A stretch of DNA of 64,000 nt from Candidatus Poribacteria bacterium (GTDB lineage Bacteria; Poribacteria; WGA-4E; WGA-3G), in the NCBI GenBank assembly GCA_963663765.2, contig CAXXUA010000002.1, positions 32,001-96,000 on the forward strand, written 5' to 3'. The translations under genes and the position numbers were made by a program. This document shows positions 1 to 9,886 of this stretch, in pieces. The notes beneath the pieces were generated by a model. The model saw nothing but the letters and a program-made list of their open reading frames with translations, searched no databases and had not been told where the DNA came from. The stretch's first letter is position 1, and every line of letters begins with the position of its first letter.

Positions 1-1221
1 CGCAAAGGAGAGCAGGAAGTAGATACCAAAGAAAATACCAGCAACCCACAAAGTCATACCTGCTATGTTTGCAAAGATGCCGAGTGCAATTAGTGAACCG
101 ATGATGCCTAACAATGCAGCACGATACGGCATCGGTTCATCTGAATCGTCAAGGTGTGATCTGAATCCAAGTGCTTTCTTCAATACCTCTTTCAGATGCC
201 GACGGGTTACCCAGATTGCCAACAAAAAAAGGGCAACCCAAGCACCGTAAGCCTGTTCATTCAAAGCAGGGAAATAGCGGGTACCGAGGGCAGCAGCAAC
301 GACAAATTCTGCTAAACGCACAACAAAGAAAAACCAACATGAAAAAGAAAGGTCAAGTGGTAAGAAAAATGCTAAACCAACTGCAAATGGATAAACAGAG
401 ATACGGGTCCCACGTATTACACTCCAAGGACGTTCCGTGAAGATGTTTTGAAACACTGCTGTACGCTTGATGTATGGAATCTCTGGAAATTGCGGAAACA
501 GATAGCTAATCCCATTTATGACACCGATGATGAATGCGATACTGAATCCAATCCACATCATCCGATTTTTCAACAACCGTATGCCGCCATCCTCTGAAAG
601 ATGTAGGGGTAATTGTATGATAGGATATGCCAATTTTTCCTGTTCTGTCCATCGCTTGCGTACAAGCGTGTTAATGCATAACATCATAAACATCATGATG
701 AGGAAGAACAGACCCCAAAATGCTAATGGTTTTATCCAAACTTGCAGATTGTGATTTGTATAAAAACTGGCTTCTCCTTCATAAAACCCTTGGAGACTAT
801 GCGGGTCAGAAATGGTTAGCCAAGTAGGTAGATACCGAAAAAAGAGTGTTTGCCATTCATTCTCCTCAGTCGCAAAGCGGAAAGGGTGTGCAATACTACC
901 GAACATATTTTGCATCGTGTCGTGACCAGCAAATGTGCATGAAATCGCAACCATGATGTAAACAGTTAGCAGTTCTCCCTGCTTTAGCATGTGTCGTGGG
1001 GCAATCTGCTTCATTAAGATATTTGCAATGACACACACAAACATAATGAAAATCGGTTGGATAAAAAGCGGTAGACATGAACCGTCGAGTGAGTAATATT
1101 TTACTTCAACAATTGTCATCCAATAAACATTGACGGGAATGAGCAGGACACCTAATAGGAGCGCGCGACCAGTAATTCGCATGGATGTTGAGTTTCTGTC
1201 ATGTGTGTGCATAGAATCCAT
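1..1221 (-). CDS. Multi-pass membrane protein, DUF6785-like putative transporter (runs off window start)
   Basis: Not in ORF track. Manual translation from ATG at 1221 gives MDSMHTHDRNSTSMRITGRALLLGVLLIPVNVYW...AGHDTMQ...ATEENEW...LPTWLTISDPHSLQGFYEG, which aligns by eye with 26563..28524 (TWRAILIGVLLIPPNVYW, AGHD, ATLENDW, LRGFYEG). Full length not read codon by codon. Confidence 0.8.
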   Translation of the reverse strand, partial: MDSMHTHDRNSTSMRITGRALLLGVLLIPVNVYWMTIVEVKYYSLDGSCLPLFIQPIFIMFVCVIANILMKQIAPRHMLKQGELLTVYIMVAISCTFAGHDTMQNMFGSIAHPFRFATEENEWQTLFFRYLPTWLTISDPHSLQGFYEGEASFYTNHNLQVWIKPLAFWGLFFLIMMFMMLCINTLVRKRWTEQEKLAYPIIQLPLHLSEDGGIRLLKNRMMWIGFSIAFIIGVINGISYLFPQFPEIPYIKRTAVFQNIFTERPWSVIRGTRISVYPFAVGLAFFLPLDLSFSCWFFFVVRLAEFVVAAALGTRYFPALNEQAYGAWVALFLLAIWVTRRHLKEVLKKALGFRSHLDDSDEPMPYRAALLGIIGSLIALGIFANIAGMTLWVAGIFFGIYFLLSFA

Positions 1222-1240
1222 TGGGGATTGAATAGAAATG

Positions 1241-3115
1241 TTATCGGTAGGTTTTAACAATTTCTGATATGACAATTCGTCTGTTTTTCCAATTGAGTCT
1301 GGCAGGGGGTATGAGATAAATTCCGTCAATAGGTATGTTTTCTTGATTACGGATTTCTCGTACAAGTTCAAGTGTCAACTGCATACCGAGTTCGTTACCT
1401 GCTGTGTCGCCAAGGTCACGGAACTTGTCCACTATAAACTGAGGTATATATAAGCCCAAATTGTCGCGAAGATAGGAAGCACTGCGTGCACTCGTTAAAG
1501 GCAGGATACCGAAAAGAATTTTAGTATTGAGATGTTCAGCGGCTTTATATGCGCGTTCAATGTCTTCAAAAGTCCATACAGGTTGGGTATATACGAATTT
1601 AGCTCCTTCTGTTACCTTGTTAGCGAAATGCTTGACGTGTGGGTCAAGGTTTTCTGCGATTGTGTATCCGCCGCCAAAGTAGAATCCACACGGGTCACCG
1701 ATTGACGAACCATCTGCGAGTTCACCATGATTAAGACGAGAGATGAGTTTCATGAGTTGGACGGCGCCACGTACATCAGGCACAAGGCTTGCAGATTCAT
1801 AAGGTCCTGCTTTTGGATGATCACCTGACAACGCGACGATTCCACGTATGCCTAACGCCTCAGCTTCTAATAGGTGTGATTGCATACTGATGAGATTGCG
1901 GGAACGTGTTGTCCAATGGATAAGTGTTGGAATGTTAGTCGCTTGCTGAAGCCGAAATGCTGTGCCGACTGCACCTATGTTCACGGCAGCACCAGAATTG
2001 TCAGTTACATCAAATAGGTCAACTCCTATTGCAGCAAGCACTTTAGCTTCCTTTAGCAATGCCCGTAATTGTGGGAAAGTGTTTGCCCGCGCTTCTACAC
2101 TGACGATTCGATTTCGAGTTTCAAAAACCTGTTGTACGGGGTTTTCTCTTTGTGTCTTGTATGTTGGTGTGCTTTTCGGTAGAACAAAGATGCGGGTTTG
2201 GCGTTTAATGGGTTTCATCGAAGCAACTGCTTGACGTATTCTGGCAATGTATTGCGGAGTTGTTCCACAGCAACCTCCAATCATGTTCGCTCCGAGGTCG
2301 ACTAATTTATGAACATAGTCTGTAAAGACATCTGCACCAACGGTATATGAAACAGCGATCTCACCTTGTTCTACCCTTGGATTGCCGGCATTTGGTTGGA
2401 CGACGAGTGGTACTCTGATGACAGGAGCAAGGAGTTCCATTGCTTGAACGAGATCGTGTGGACCTCTGCAATTGATACCGACAGCATGCGCACCCAGTTG
2501 CTCTAATTCTTGTGCAAAAACCCGAACATCCAGACCCGTACCAACCGTCCCACCTGAAATACCACTAATTTCAACAACCACTGGAACACCATAGGTCAGT
2601 GCTTGTTTTGTGGCGATTTCTGCCTGTTTTTGAGAAACAAAGGTTTCCAGAATCAGTAGGTCAACACCTTCATCAACAAGTGCATCCATTTGTTCTTTGA
2701 AGAGTTGACGTGCGGTTTTCGTAGAAGGTATTTCAGACGTAACATTTACATCATCTGCGTTGAAAGGAATTTGACCAACCGACCCAGCAACAAAACATCG
2801 TTTTCCCGTTCCTTCACGTGCTAATTTCACTCCTGCACGATTGATTTCCTTTACTTGATTGTCAAACCCATGGATTGCTAATGCTTCTCGATTTGCCTGA
2901 TATGTGTTGGTTTGGATGACATCTGCGCCAGCATCTGCATACGCTTGATGTATATTTACGACTTCGTCAGTATATTCATCAATGATGTTGCATGCGTCTA
3001 CACAAGGGAGATTCGCTGGTATCTGTTTGCGTAGTTCTGTTCCGATGGCACCATCACACACAAGAATTCGGTGTTCAATAGCTTCTATGAATGTATCATT
3101 AGTTGTAAGCGTCAT
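1241..3115 (-). CDS. yitJ: Bifunctional homocysteine S-methyltransferase / methylenetetrahydrofolate reductase (YitJ-like)
   Basis: DGAIGTEL, AGADVIQTNT, GINC and IGGCCGTTP motifs, then an MTHFR-like C-terminal half (VTDN, ALSGD, TQP). Confidence 0.85.
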   Translation of the reverse strand: MTLTTNDTFIEAIEHRILVCDGAIGTELRKQIPANLPCVDACNIIDEYTDEVVNIHQAYADAGADVIQTNTYQANREALAIHGFDNQVKEINRAGVKLAREGTGKRCFVAGSVGQIPFNADDVNVTSEIPSTKTARQLFKEQMDALVDEGVDLLILETFVSQKQAEIATKQALTYGVPVVVEISGISGGTVGTGLDVRVFAQELEQLGAHAVGINCRGPHDLVQAMELLAPVIRVPLVVQPNAGNPRVEQGEIAVSYTVGADVFTDYVHKLVDLGANMIGGCCGTTPQYIARIRQAVASMKPIKRQTRIFVLPKSTPTYKTQRENPVQQVFETRNRIVSVEARANTFPQLRALLKEAKVLAAIGVDLFDVTDNSGAAVNIGAVGTAFRLQQATNIPTLIHWTTRSRNLISMQSHLLEAEALGIRGIVALSGDHPKAGPYESASLVPDVRGAVQLMKLISRLNHGELADGSSIGDPCGFYFGGGYTIAENLDPHVKHFANKVTEGAKFVYTQPVWTFEDIERAYKAAEHLNTKILFGILPLTSARSASYLRDNLGLYIPQFIVDKFRDLGDTAGNELGMQLTLELVREIRNQENIPIDGIYLIPPARLNWKNRRIVISEIVKTYR

Positions 3116-3169
3116 AGTAGAGTTGATAGTTGCTGTTGCGATTGTTGATATTAATGCGTTTTACTTAAT

Positions 3170-3673
3170 CAATACCTTCGCCAATAATAGACATTCTTCC
3201 AGATTGTGCGGTCAGTTGTAGCACATTCTTCCAGATTGTGCGGTCAGTTGTAGCACATTCTTCCAGATTGTGTGGTCAGTTGTAGCACATTCTTCCAGAT
3301 TGTGCGGTCAGTTGTAGCACATTCTTCCAGATTGTGCGGTCAGTTGTAGCACATTCTTCCAGATTGTGCGGTCAGTTGTAGCACATTCTTCCAGATTGTG
3401 CGGTCAGTTGTAGCACATTCTTCCAGATTGTGCGGTCAGTTGTAGCACATTCTTCCAGATTGTGCGGTCAGTTGTAGCACATTCTTCCAGATTGTGCATA
3501 TAAATTATTCTGTCAGATTCTATCGTCAAATTAGACGCTATGATAATTAAAAATACTTCAACGAAAACCTGAAGTTATTTTTATTTATGTAATCCTAACA
3601 ATATCACAGAGCAATGGTAGATCAACACTATATACTCATTCAACTGAAGCACTCAAAAATGGCGAAGGTATTG
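3170..3673. mobile_element. MITE-like element, family A, containing a REP tandem array
   Basis: TIR caataccttcgcca / tggcgaaggtattg with 6-bp TSD cttaat on both sides. A homologous copy lies at 60423-61087. Confidence 0.85.
3191..3497 (+). repeat. Tandem array of a 32-bp REP-like unit, 9 full copies plus 1 partial
   Basis: Unit acattcttccagattgtgcggtcagttgtagc starts at 3191, 3223 ... 3479. Each unit has GTAG followed by the imperfect palindrome gcacattct-tcc-agattgtgc. No unique spacers. Confidence 0.95.
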
Positions 3674-3704
3674 CTTAATAGAAAAAGTTTGATACTCAAT
3701 GCTA

Positions 3705-5807
3705 TTAATTTGGGGTAATTGCAGATCCAAAAATGTACTCGTAGTCCCAAAGAAGTGCTGTGCCACCTTGACTGGCAGTAGCAATTGTTTTCCCATTCGG
3801 ATTAATTGAAATCATATTAACTGGATATGTATGTGCTTTGAGTCTTTTCTTTTCCAAACCGGTGTTGACATCCCACAATCGTACAGTAGCGTCTTGATTT
3901 CCGCTCATCAGGAGATTTCCATCGGGACTAAAAATCAGGGTATTTGCGTAACTATAAAGTGTTTCAATATTTTTCTTCAGTTTACCGGTCTCTACATCCC
4001 ACAACTGAATACCTAATATATCTCCTCCGCTTGCAAGTGTTTTTCCATCTGGACTGAATGTAATACAAGAAATTGTCCATGATTGAGAGGTAAGTGTTCT
4101 TAGCAATTCTCCTGTAGCAACATCCCATATATGGATTGTCTGATTTACGCTTCCATTGGCGATGGTCTTTCCATCCGGATTAAACGCTATTGCAATACGA
4201 TAGTAATTAGCCATATATCCAGTAAGTGTGTATATATGTTCACCTGTTTTGGCATTCCATAGTCGTATACTATTATCCTTGCTTTCACTTGCAATAAGTG
4301 TTCCATCTGGACTAAACAAGACTTTTCTTACAATATCCGTATGTCCAGTAAGTTTCTTTATTCGTTTTCCCGATTTGGAATCCCACAGACGTAGGGAATT
4401 ATCCCAGCTGCCGCTTGCTAATACAGAACCATCTGGACTGAACGCAACGGATGCAACGGTAGACCTATGACCTCGTAGTGTGTTAATATGTTTCCCTGTA
4501 GTGACATCCCACAAACGAATGGTTTTATCAGCACTTCCACTTGCAAGTGTCAATCCATCCGGACTGATATCCATACAAAATATGTCTCTCCCATGACCTT
4601 TTAGAATACTTCTATGTTTCCCTGTTTCAACATTCCACAAACGAACAGTCCAGTCATTTCCCCTACTTGCGAGTGTTTGTCCATCAGTACTAAGCTTAAT
4701 ACCTTCGGTTGTGTGTCGCAATAATCTGTGTGACAGTTTTGGAGAGATGGCTGTTTCACTAACAATGTCGGTATGTCCTGTGAGGGTATTCTTATGTTTT
4801 TTTGTAGTAATGTCCCAAAGATACACTATACTGTCTTGGCTCAAACTAATAAGCGTTTTTCCATCTGGACTAAATAATACTTTTTGTAGTTCTGATATAT
4901 GTTTCTTGAGAGTTTTCTTATGTTTTCCTGTTGCGACATTCCATAATTTGACGCTTTTATCATGGCTGCCACTTGCAAGCGTTCTTCCATCTGGACTAAA
5001 GTCCAAACTATATATAGCCTTTTTATGTCCTTTAAGTGTCAGTTTTTGTCTACCTGTTTTGACATCCCAGAGACAAATTATGTCGTCAAACCCACCACTT
5101 GCGAGTGTTTTGCCATCTGGACTGAAAGCGACAGCTCTGACTGATTTTTTATGACCTTTTAGAACTTGCTTTTTCTTTTTTTCTGCAGTATTCCATAATT
5201 CAACACCATTACCTCTGCATCTTGCAAGCATGAGACCGTCTGGACTACAATCTATGTTTACATATAAATCCATATAGAGTTCAACCTTATGTGTGTTTGT
5301 TGTGAGATCCCACAAATCCATCTTATAGGTATTCAGACTTGCAAGTGTATTCCCATCACCAATGAAAGAGACATATTTAAAGATTAAACTATCATTGGAA
5401 TCAAATTCACTTATGAATGTATTCTTATGCTTTAGTGTTTGCGTGTCCCATAGACGGATTGTTTTGTCTTTGCTTGCAGTTGCGAGTGTTTTGCCGTTGG
5501 GACTAAACGCTAAGCTTTGAACAGCACCTGTATGTCCAGTGAGAAGTTTCTGTTCTTCTAAGGTATTTGCATCATAGAACCAAATACCTGTAGCACTTGC
5601 GACTGCTAATTGTGAGCTATCTGGTGAAAACACAATATCAGAAATCTTACCTTTACCGAGTCGTGCTTTTACTCCCTTAGGTAGATTCCATTGGGGAGAA
5701 TCGTGGATGAATGCATCTGGACGATTAGGCGTAGAAACAAATCTAAATACTAATATGGCAAGAATGATGCCTATTACAAGTAAGATTGCACTCCATTTTG
5801 GTTTCAT
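3705..5807 (-). CDS. WD40-repeat beta-propeller protein with N-terminal signal/anchor
   Basis: Many GH...AFSPDG.TLASGS.D.TIRLWD repeats, a hydrophobic N-terminus and the LPKGVKARLGKG lead-in. Confidence 0.92.
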   Translation of the reverse strand: MKPKWSAILLVIGIILAILVFRFVSTPNRPDAFIHDSPQWNLPKGVKARLGKGKISDIVFSPDSSQLAVASATGIWFYDANTLEEQKLLTGHTGAVQSLAFSPNGKTLATASKDKTIRLWDTQTLKHKNTFISEFDSNDSLIFKYVSFIGDGNTLASLNTYKMDLWDLTTNTHKVELYMDLYVNIDCSPDGLMLARCRGNGVELWNTAEKKKKQVLKGHKKSVRAVAFSPDGKTLASGGFDDIICLWDVKTGRQKLTLKGHKKAIYSLDFSPDGRTLASGSHDKSVKLWNVATGKHKKTLKKHISELQKVLFSPDGKTLISLSQDSIVYLWDITTKKHKNTLTGHTDIVSETAISPKLSHRLLRHTTEGIKLSTDGQTLASRGNDWTVRLWNVETGKHRSILKGHGRDIFCMDISPDGLTLASGSADKTIRLWDVTTGKHINTLRGHRSTVASVAFSPDGSVLASGSWDNSLRLWDSKSGKRIKKLTGHTDIVRKVLFSPDGTLIASESKDNSIRLWNAKTGEHIYTLTGYMANYYRIAIAFNPDGKTIANGSVNQTIHIWDVATGELLRTLTSQSWTISCITFSPDGKTLASGGDILGIQLWDVETGKLKKNIETLYSYANTLIFSPDGNLLMSGNQDATVRLWDVNTGLEKKRLKAHTYPVNMISINPNGKTIATASQGGTALLWDYEYIFGSAITPN

Positions 5808-5828
5808 TGTCTTATACGCCTTGTAGAC

Positions 5829-5940
5829 TGTCTACACTAATTTTGTAGGTCGGGTAGAGGAACGAAACCCGACATGTATTTATTGCGACTATCATGTCGG
5901 GTTTCGTTCCTCTACCCGACCTACAATGTAAGAGTAGACA
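5829..5940. repeat. REP doublet (REPIN-like) inside a short inverted-repeat shell
   Basis: gtaggtcgggtagaggaacgaaacccgacatg...catgtcgggtttcgttcctctacccgacctac at 5845-5924, flanked by tgtctacact / agagtagaca. Confidence 0.85.
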
Positions 5941-5954
5941 ATTCATTTGTTGTA

Positions 5955-6270
5955 ATAAACATATCGTCCCTAATGAAAATTAATAAATAAATTAGATAAT
6001 TTTATCTAACCCACCCTGATAGGCGTGGTTTGTAAGCGCGCTGGCACATCAAGTCCCAACAGCGCGCCTACAAACCACGCCTACCGTGTGAGATTAATTT
6101 ATTACCGAATTAATAAATTAATCTTCATACGAGACTAAAGACCGATGTTCATGTTTCAATAATCTAAAATTGATTCAAAAGGTGCAGTTAGGAAACCTTA
6201 TCTGCAGCAATTAGATATTAACTTTCAGTAAATCTCAATAATAGAAGACTCTTAAAACTGAATAACCCTG
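5955..6270. mobile_element. Partial CAGGG-type MITE with a nested atgaa-ended MITE (about 5973-6128) carrying a REP doublet
   Basis: 6130-6270 is the reverse complement of 60443-60575 and ends ...aataaccctg. The nested part matches 57675-57846 in inverted orientation and contains taggcgtggtttgtaagcgcgc...gcgcgcctacaaaccacgcctac. Confidence 0.75.
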
Positions 6271-6320
6271 ATTAAGGTCTTTTCACATTTGACAGCACAG
6301 ACGGCTGGCTGTTCTATTTC

Positions 6321-7928
6321 TCAATCTGTTTTGTTAAGTATAGAAGATAAGTCCCATACGAGGATTGATCCATCACCACCTGCACTTGCAAGTGTCGTTT
6401 TGTCAGCACTTAGTGATATATCGCCTGAAAAGGAGGTATGACCCATCAAAATCTTTTCGTATTGTCCATTGGTAACATCCCAAAGATGTATGTGTTCATA
6501 CCCACCTCGAATTGCGATAAGTCTCCCATTGTTTGTGAACAACAATTCTCTCCAAAGGAGTTCCTTAATTGTTGAAAGTGTCATTATAGTTTTTCCAGTG
6601 TGTATATCCCATAAGCGCACACTTCCATCCCAACTTGAGCTTGCTAATTTGTCACCTTTGGGACTGAATAAAACTTGATAAATATCTTCTGGATGTTCCG
6701 TAAGAGTCATTGTAGAATTGCCTGTTGTAGCTTCAAAAAGGTGAATGTTTCCATCTTTATTGCCAGCTGCCAGCAGACTTCCATCCCTACTGAAAGACAC
6801 ACAAGTAATAGATCCTATTCTTTCAGCGAGGAAGGCTTTTTGTGTATAAGTTTTAAGATTCCAAACTAATACAATTCCTTCATCTCCGCCACTTGCAAGT
6901 GACTTTCCATCTGGACTGAATTCAATGTCGTTAATGAAACCTTTATGTCCTATCAATTTTCTTCTTAGTTTTCCTGTTTTAGTATTCCAAAGGCGGAGAG
7001 ATCCGTCACTGTTTCCACTTGCAAGCCAGTTTCCATCCGGACTAAATGCTGAACTATCTGGTAAAGTGTCCGATTGAATTCTTACACGATTAAGATTAAA
7101 GTTTGATCTACGGGATACTTTATATCCTTTGAACGTTTTCTTTAATTCTCCTGTTGCTAAATCCCACAGACGAATGGGATAACCTTGTCGCAGTATTGCA
7201 AGAGTTTGACCATTTGGACTAAGAGAAATGTGATTTTGAAATAAATTTCGAAACTCAGAAAAACCTGTAAGTCTTTTGATGAGTTTTCGTGTGCGTGTAT
7301 CTTTTATACTGATGATGTAACGAAATTTATCTGTAGTAGCGAATGTCTTTCCATCAGGACTAACCTCAAAACTAAAGACTGCTTCTTTATCCTCAACTAA
7401 TGCATCATAAGAATCACTTTTAGTTTCCTGATACAATTGAATGGTTTTATTTTCTTTTTCAATTGTAAATGTCATTTTGTCAGGACTGAAGTAGACATCT
7501 TTACTCATAAATATCATTCTACTTTCTCCGGTTGTGACATCCCACAAAAGTAAGATACCACCATCAATTTCACTAATAAGTGTTAGTCCATCAGCACTGA
7601 ATGTAGTGCGATTAATTTCCCGAATTTCAATACTACTCTTTTTTTTGATTGGAATTGGCAACAATTTGATTTCTTGATAGGTCTCGGTGTCGTGAAGCCA
7701 AATTCCAATTTCTGTAACGACAGCAAATATATTACCGTCTGGAGAATACAACATATGCTGTATTCGTCCTTTACCGAGTCGTGATTTTGCATCTCTTGGT
7801 AGACCCATCTGTGTGTAATTTTGAGCAAAGCAGGTTGGTATACACAGCATCGAGAGGATGCTAATCAGTAAGACCTTTAATATCAGATTGGGGATAAATA
7901 CTCTGATTTTCATTGCGTTTATTTTCAT
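6321..7928 (-). CDS. WD40-repeat protein, secreted
   Basis: Signal-like N-terminus, LPRDAKSRLGKG lead-in and repeated FSPDG..LASG..DG..RLW motifs. Confidence 0.9.
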   Translation of the reverse strand: MKINAMKIRVFIPNLILKVLLISILSMLCIPTCFAQNYTQMGLPRDAKSRLGKGRIQHMLYSPDGNIFAVVTEIGIWLHDTETYQEIKLLPIPIKKKSSIEIREINRTTFSADGLTLISEIDGGILLLWDVTTGESRMIFMSKDVYFSPDKMTFTIEKENKTIQLYQETKSDSYDALVEDKEAVFSFEVSPDGKTFATTDKFRYIISIKDTRTRKLIKRLTGFSEFRNLFQNHISLSPNGQTLAILRQGYPIRLWDLATGELKKTFKGYKVSRRSNFNLNRVRIQSDTLPDSSAFSPDGNWLASGNSDGSLRLWNTKTGKLRRKLIGHKGFINDIEFSPDGKSLASGGDEGIVLVWNLKTYTQKAFLAERIGSITCVSFSRDGSLLAAGNKDGNIHLFEATTGNSTMTLTEHPEDIYQVLFSPKGDKLASSSWDGSVRLWDIHTGKTIMTLSTIKELLWRELLFTNNGRLIAIRGGYEHIHLWDVTNGQYEKILMGHTSFSGDISLSADKTTLASAGGDGSILVWDLSSILNKTD

Positions 7929-7994
7929 ATTAGCAGTGAAGTTCTGCGCGTTTACAAAACGCGCTGACTGAGTTTGAGAAAATTAGAATTAACG

Positions 7995-8262
7995 TAACTC
8001 AAGTTGCTACCTTGTAGCATAATCTGTTAGATTGTGTATTTTAGCACACAAACTTCAAAAAAGTGTATTGTACTCTATTAAAAACGGTGTCTGCATATCT
8101 AAAAACCTAATGAAGTTTGACAATCAAATCGGTAGTTGAATTCGTAGGGGTTGGGTTCCCCAACCCGTTTGGTTTTTGAGTTTGCGAAGATCTTGTGTGG
8201 AAACCACGCCCTACGAATACACAACTTGAACGTCAAAACTCATAAGGTAGCAACTTGGGTTA
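7995..8262. mobile_element. MITE-like shell with nested REP sequences
   Basis: TIR taactcaagttgctacctt / aaggtagcaacttgggtta. Inside are gtagcataatctgttagattgtg and gtaggggttgggttcccaacccg...ccctac. Confidence 0.75.
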
Positions 8263-8272
8263 ACGTAGTAGA

Positions 8273-9886
8273 CTATTCTATTGTTTCGCCTGCTTTATCT
8301 ATTGGGATAAAGTAATAACCGAAGATAATACACATCTCGTCTTCGGAGGTAAGTCCGAATTGGAGTGGTACATCCTTGTCATAGTTGTTGTGTGTACATT
8401 GGAAAGATAATGCATCACCTACGCCTAAAATGAGCGGTATATCAAAGAGTGTAATCGGTGCATCGTCATAGGCAATGCTCCGATGCAATAGATCTCCTGA
8501 AGACTTTTGGAATATTTCAAAGAGTTCTCCGTGTCTATGCATGTGTGAGGTGAGAAGGAAGACATGTAATTCTGTATCTGGGTCGTGTCCTCTACGTTCC
8601 AATTCGTCTTCAACATACCACGTCAATTTTGCAACACGGGTTGTGTTTGGTGGCACGTTAATGCTTCTGTTTGAGACAAAGATTTCAATTGCCTCGTACT
8701 TTACCTCATCCTCTGGTATTGTATAGATATTGACATAGGTTTCGCCGATCAATGTTTCATCACCGAGCAGGTTGATATAGTGTGAATTGAGGTCAAAGAC
8801 GGTATCACCGGGTAGACGTAAACCTACACCTTCAGGGAACTCAAATTTTGTATCGTCGGTTTGTGTGCCAACGACAAAAAGTCTATCAATCCCGAAGTTT
8901 CCAAGGACTTGTGGGTCATCAGGATCAAGTTCACGGAATTGGTCTTGTGGGTTAACCCCGATAGTTGGGTCTACACCTCTGTTTTGCACACCGTTTTCAA
9001 GTCCTTCATTTGTGAGACGATATACGATGAAATGATGACTTCCTGAAGGATAGAAGATTTCAACTCTGTTGATGAATATATCTTCCTCAAGGGGTTGTCC
9101 TTTATCGTCCTTAATTTGCGTAGCATAGAAGACTTCTCTTTCTGTGCCCGGTTCAATTTTGAAAGCTGGTAAATGTATTTGGTAGCCTTCTCCGGGATCG
9201 GGTGGTGGTGGCGGAGTGAAGACTTCTTCGGGGTCGCGTAACACGCCGAGGTCGCCGACTCCAGCGACTTTTCCGGTGCGTGGCGCGCCAGCTGCGATCC
9301 ATGTCCAGATAGCATCTATTTTGCCTTTGTGAATGGGACCCATTCCAAATGGCATGCGTCCACCCATTGCGGCATCTTCTGGACCCAATAATTTCGTGAG
9401 TAGAAAACTGTTTTCAGGATTATTTGGGTCAACAAGTTTCATTCCTGCGTCCGCTGCGGCTTGATTTCGTGGTACTCGGTCGACCAAATCTTGGTAAGAT
9501 TGTCCATAGGTAAGATTCAGATTTGCTGCATTTGCAGGGGGAGCGTGGCATACACCGTTTGCACAACTCTTATCAAAGATATTGTCTTGAATATCGTGAT
9601 AGGTAGAGTGATCATCATGTTCAGTTTCACCGAAACGATTTGCAATCCTCACAAGGTCAAGGACATTGACAATACCATCGCGATTGACATCTGGATTCTG
9701 GTCTGATGTTCTATCTCCAGGACCTCCAAATGCGTTTGAGACTAAGACAAGGTCAAGTATATTTACGGTGCCATCATTGTTGACATCTTCCAACAAGGTT
9801 GATTCATTGTCATGACTGAACACAATAAACGATACACCTACTATAAGTAGTAAACTAAACGTGGCATAAACTATTTTTCTATTCAT
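8273..9886 (-). CDS. Secreted dockerin + cytochrome c-like + copper type II (PHM/DBH-like) monooxygenase protein
   Basis: Two DVNxDGxVNILDLV dockerin loops, CANGVCH and GRMP, then SHHFIV, NSHY, SHMH and EDEMC as candidate copper ligands. Confidence 0.75.
   Translation of the reverse strand: MNRKIVYATFSLLLIVGVSFIVFSHDNESTLLEDVNNDGTVNILDLVLVSNAFGGPGDRTSDQNPDVNRDGIVNVLDLVRIANRFGETEHDDHSTYHDIQDNIFDKSCANGVCHAPPANAANLNLTYGQSYQDLVDRVPRNQAAADAGMKLVDPNNPENSFLLTKLLGPEDAAMGGRMPFGMGPIHKGKIDAIWTWIAAGAPRTGKVAGVGDLGVLRDPEEVFTPPPPPDPGEGYQIHLPAFKIEPGTEREVFYATQIKDDKGQPLEEDIFINRVEIFYPSGSHHFIVYRLTNEGLENGVQNRGVDPTIGVNPQDQFRELDPDDPQVLGNFGIDRLFVVGTQTDDTKFEFPEGVGLRLPGDTVFDLNSHYINLLGDETLIGETYVNIYTIPEDEVKYEAIEIFVSNRSINVPPNTTRVAKLTWYVEDELERRGHDPDTELHVFLLTSHMHRHGELFEIFQKSSGDLLHRSIAYDDAPITLFDIPLILGVGDALSFQCTHNNYDKDVPLQFGLTSEDEMCIIFGYYFIPIDKAGETIE

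Noticed and set aside
3191-3497. CRISPR array
   Set aside because: Direct tandem 32-bp units without spacers.
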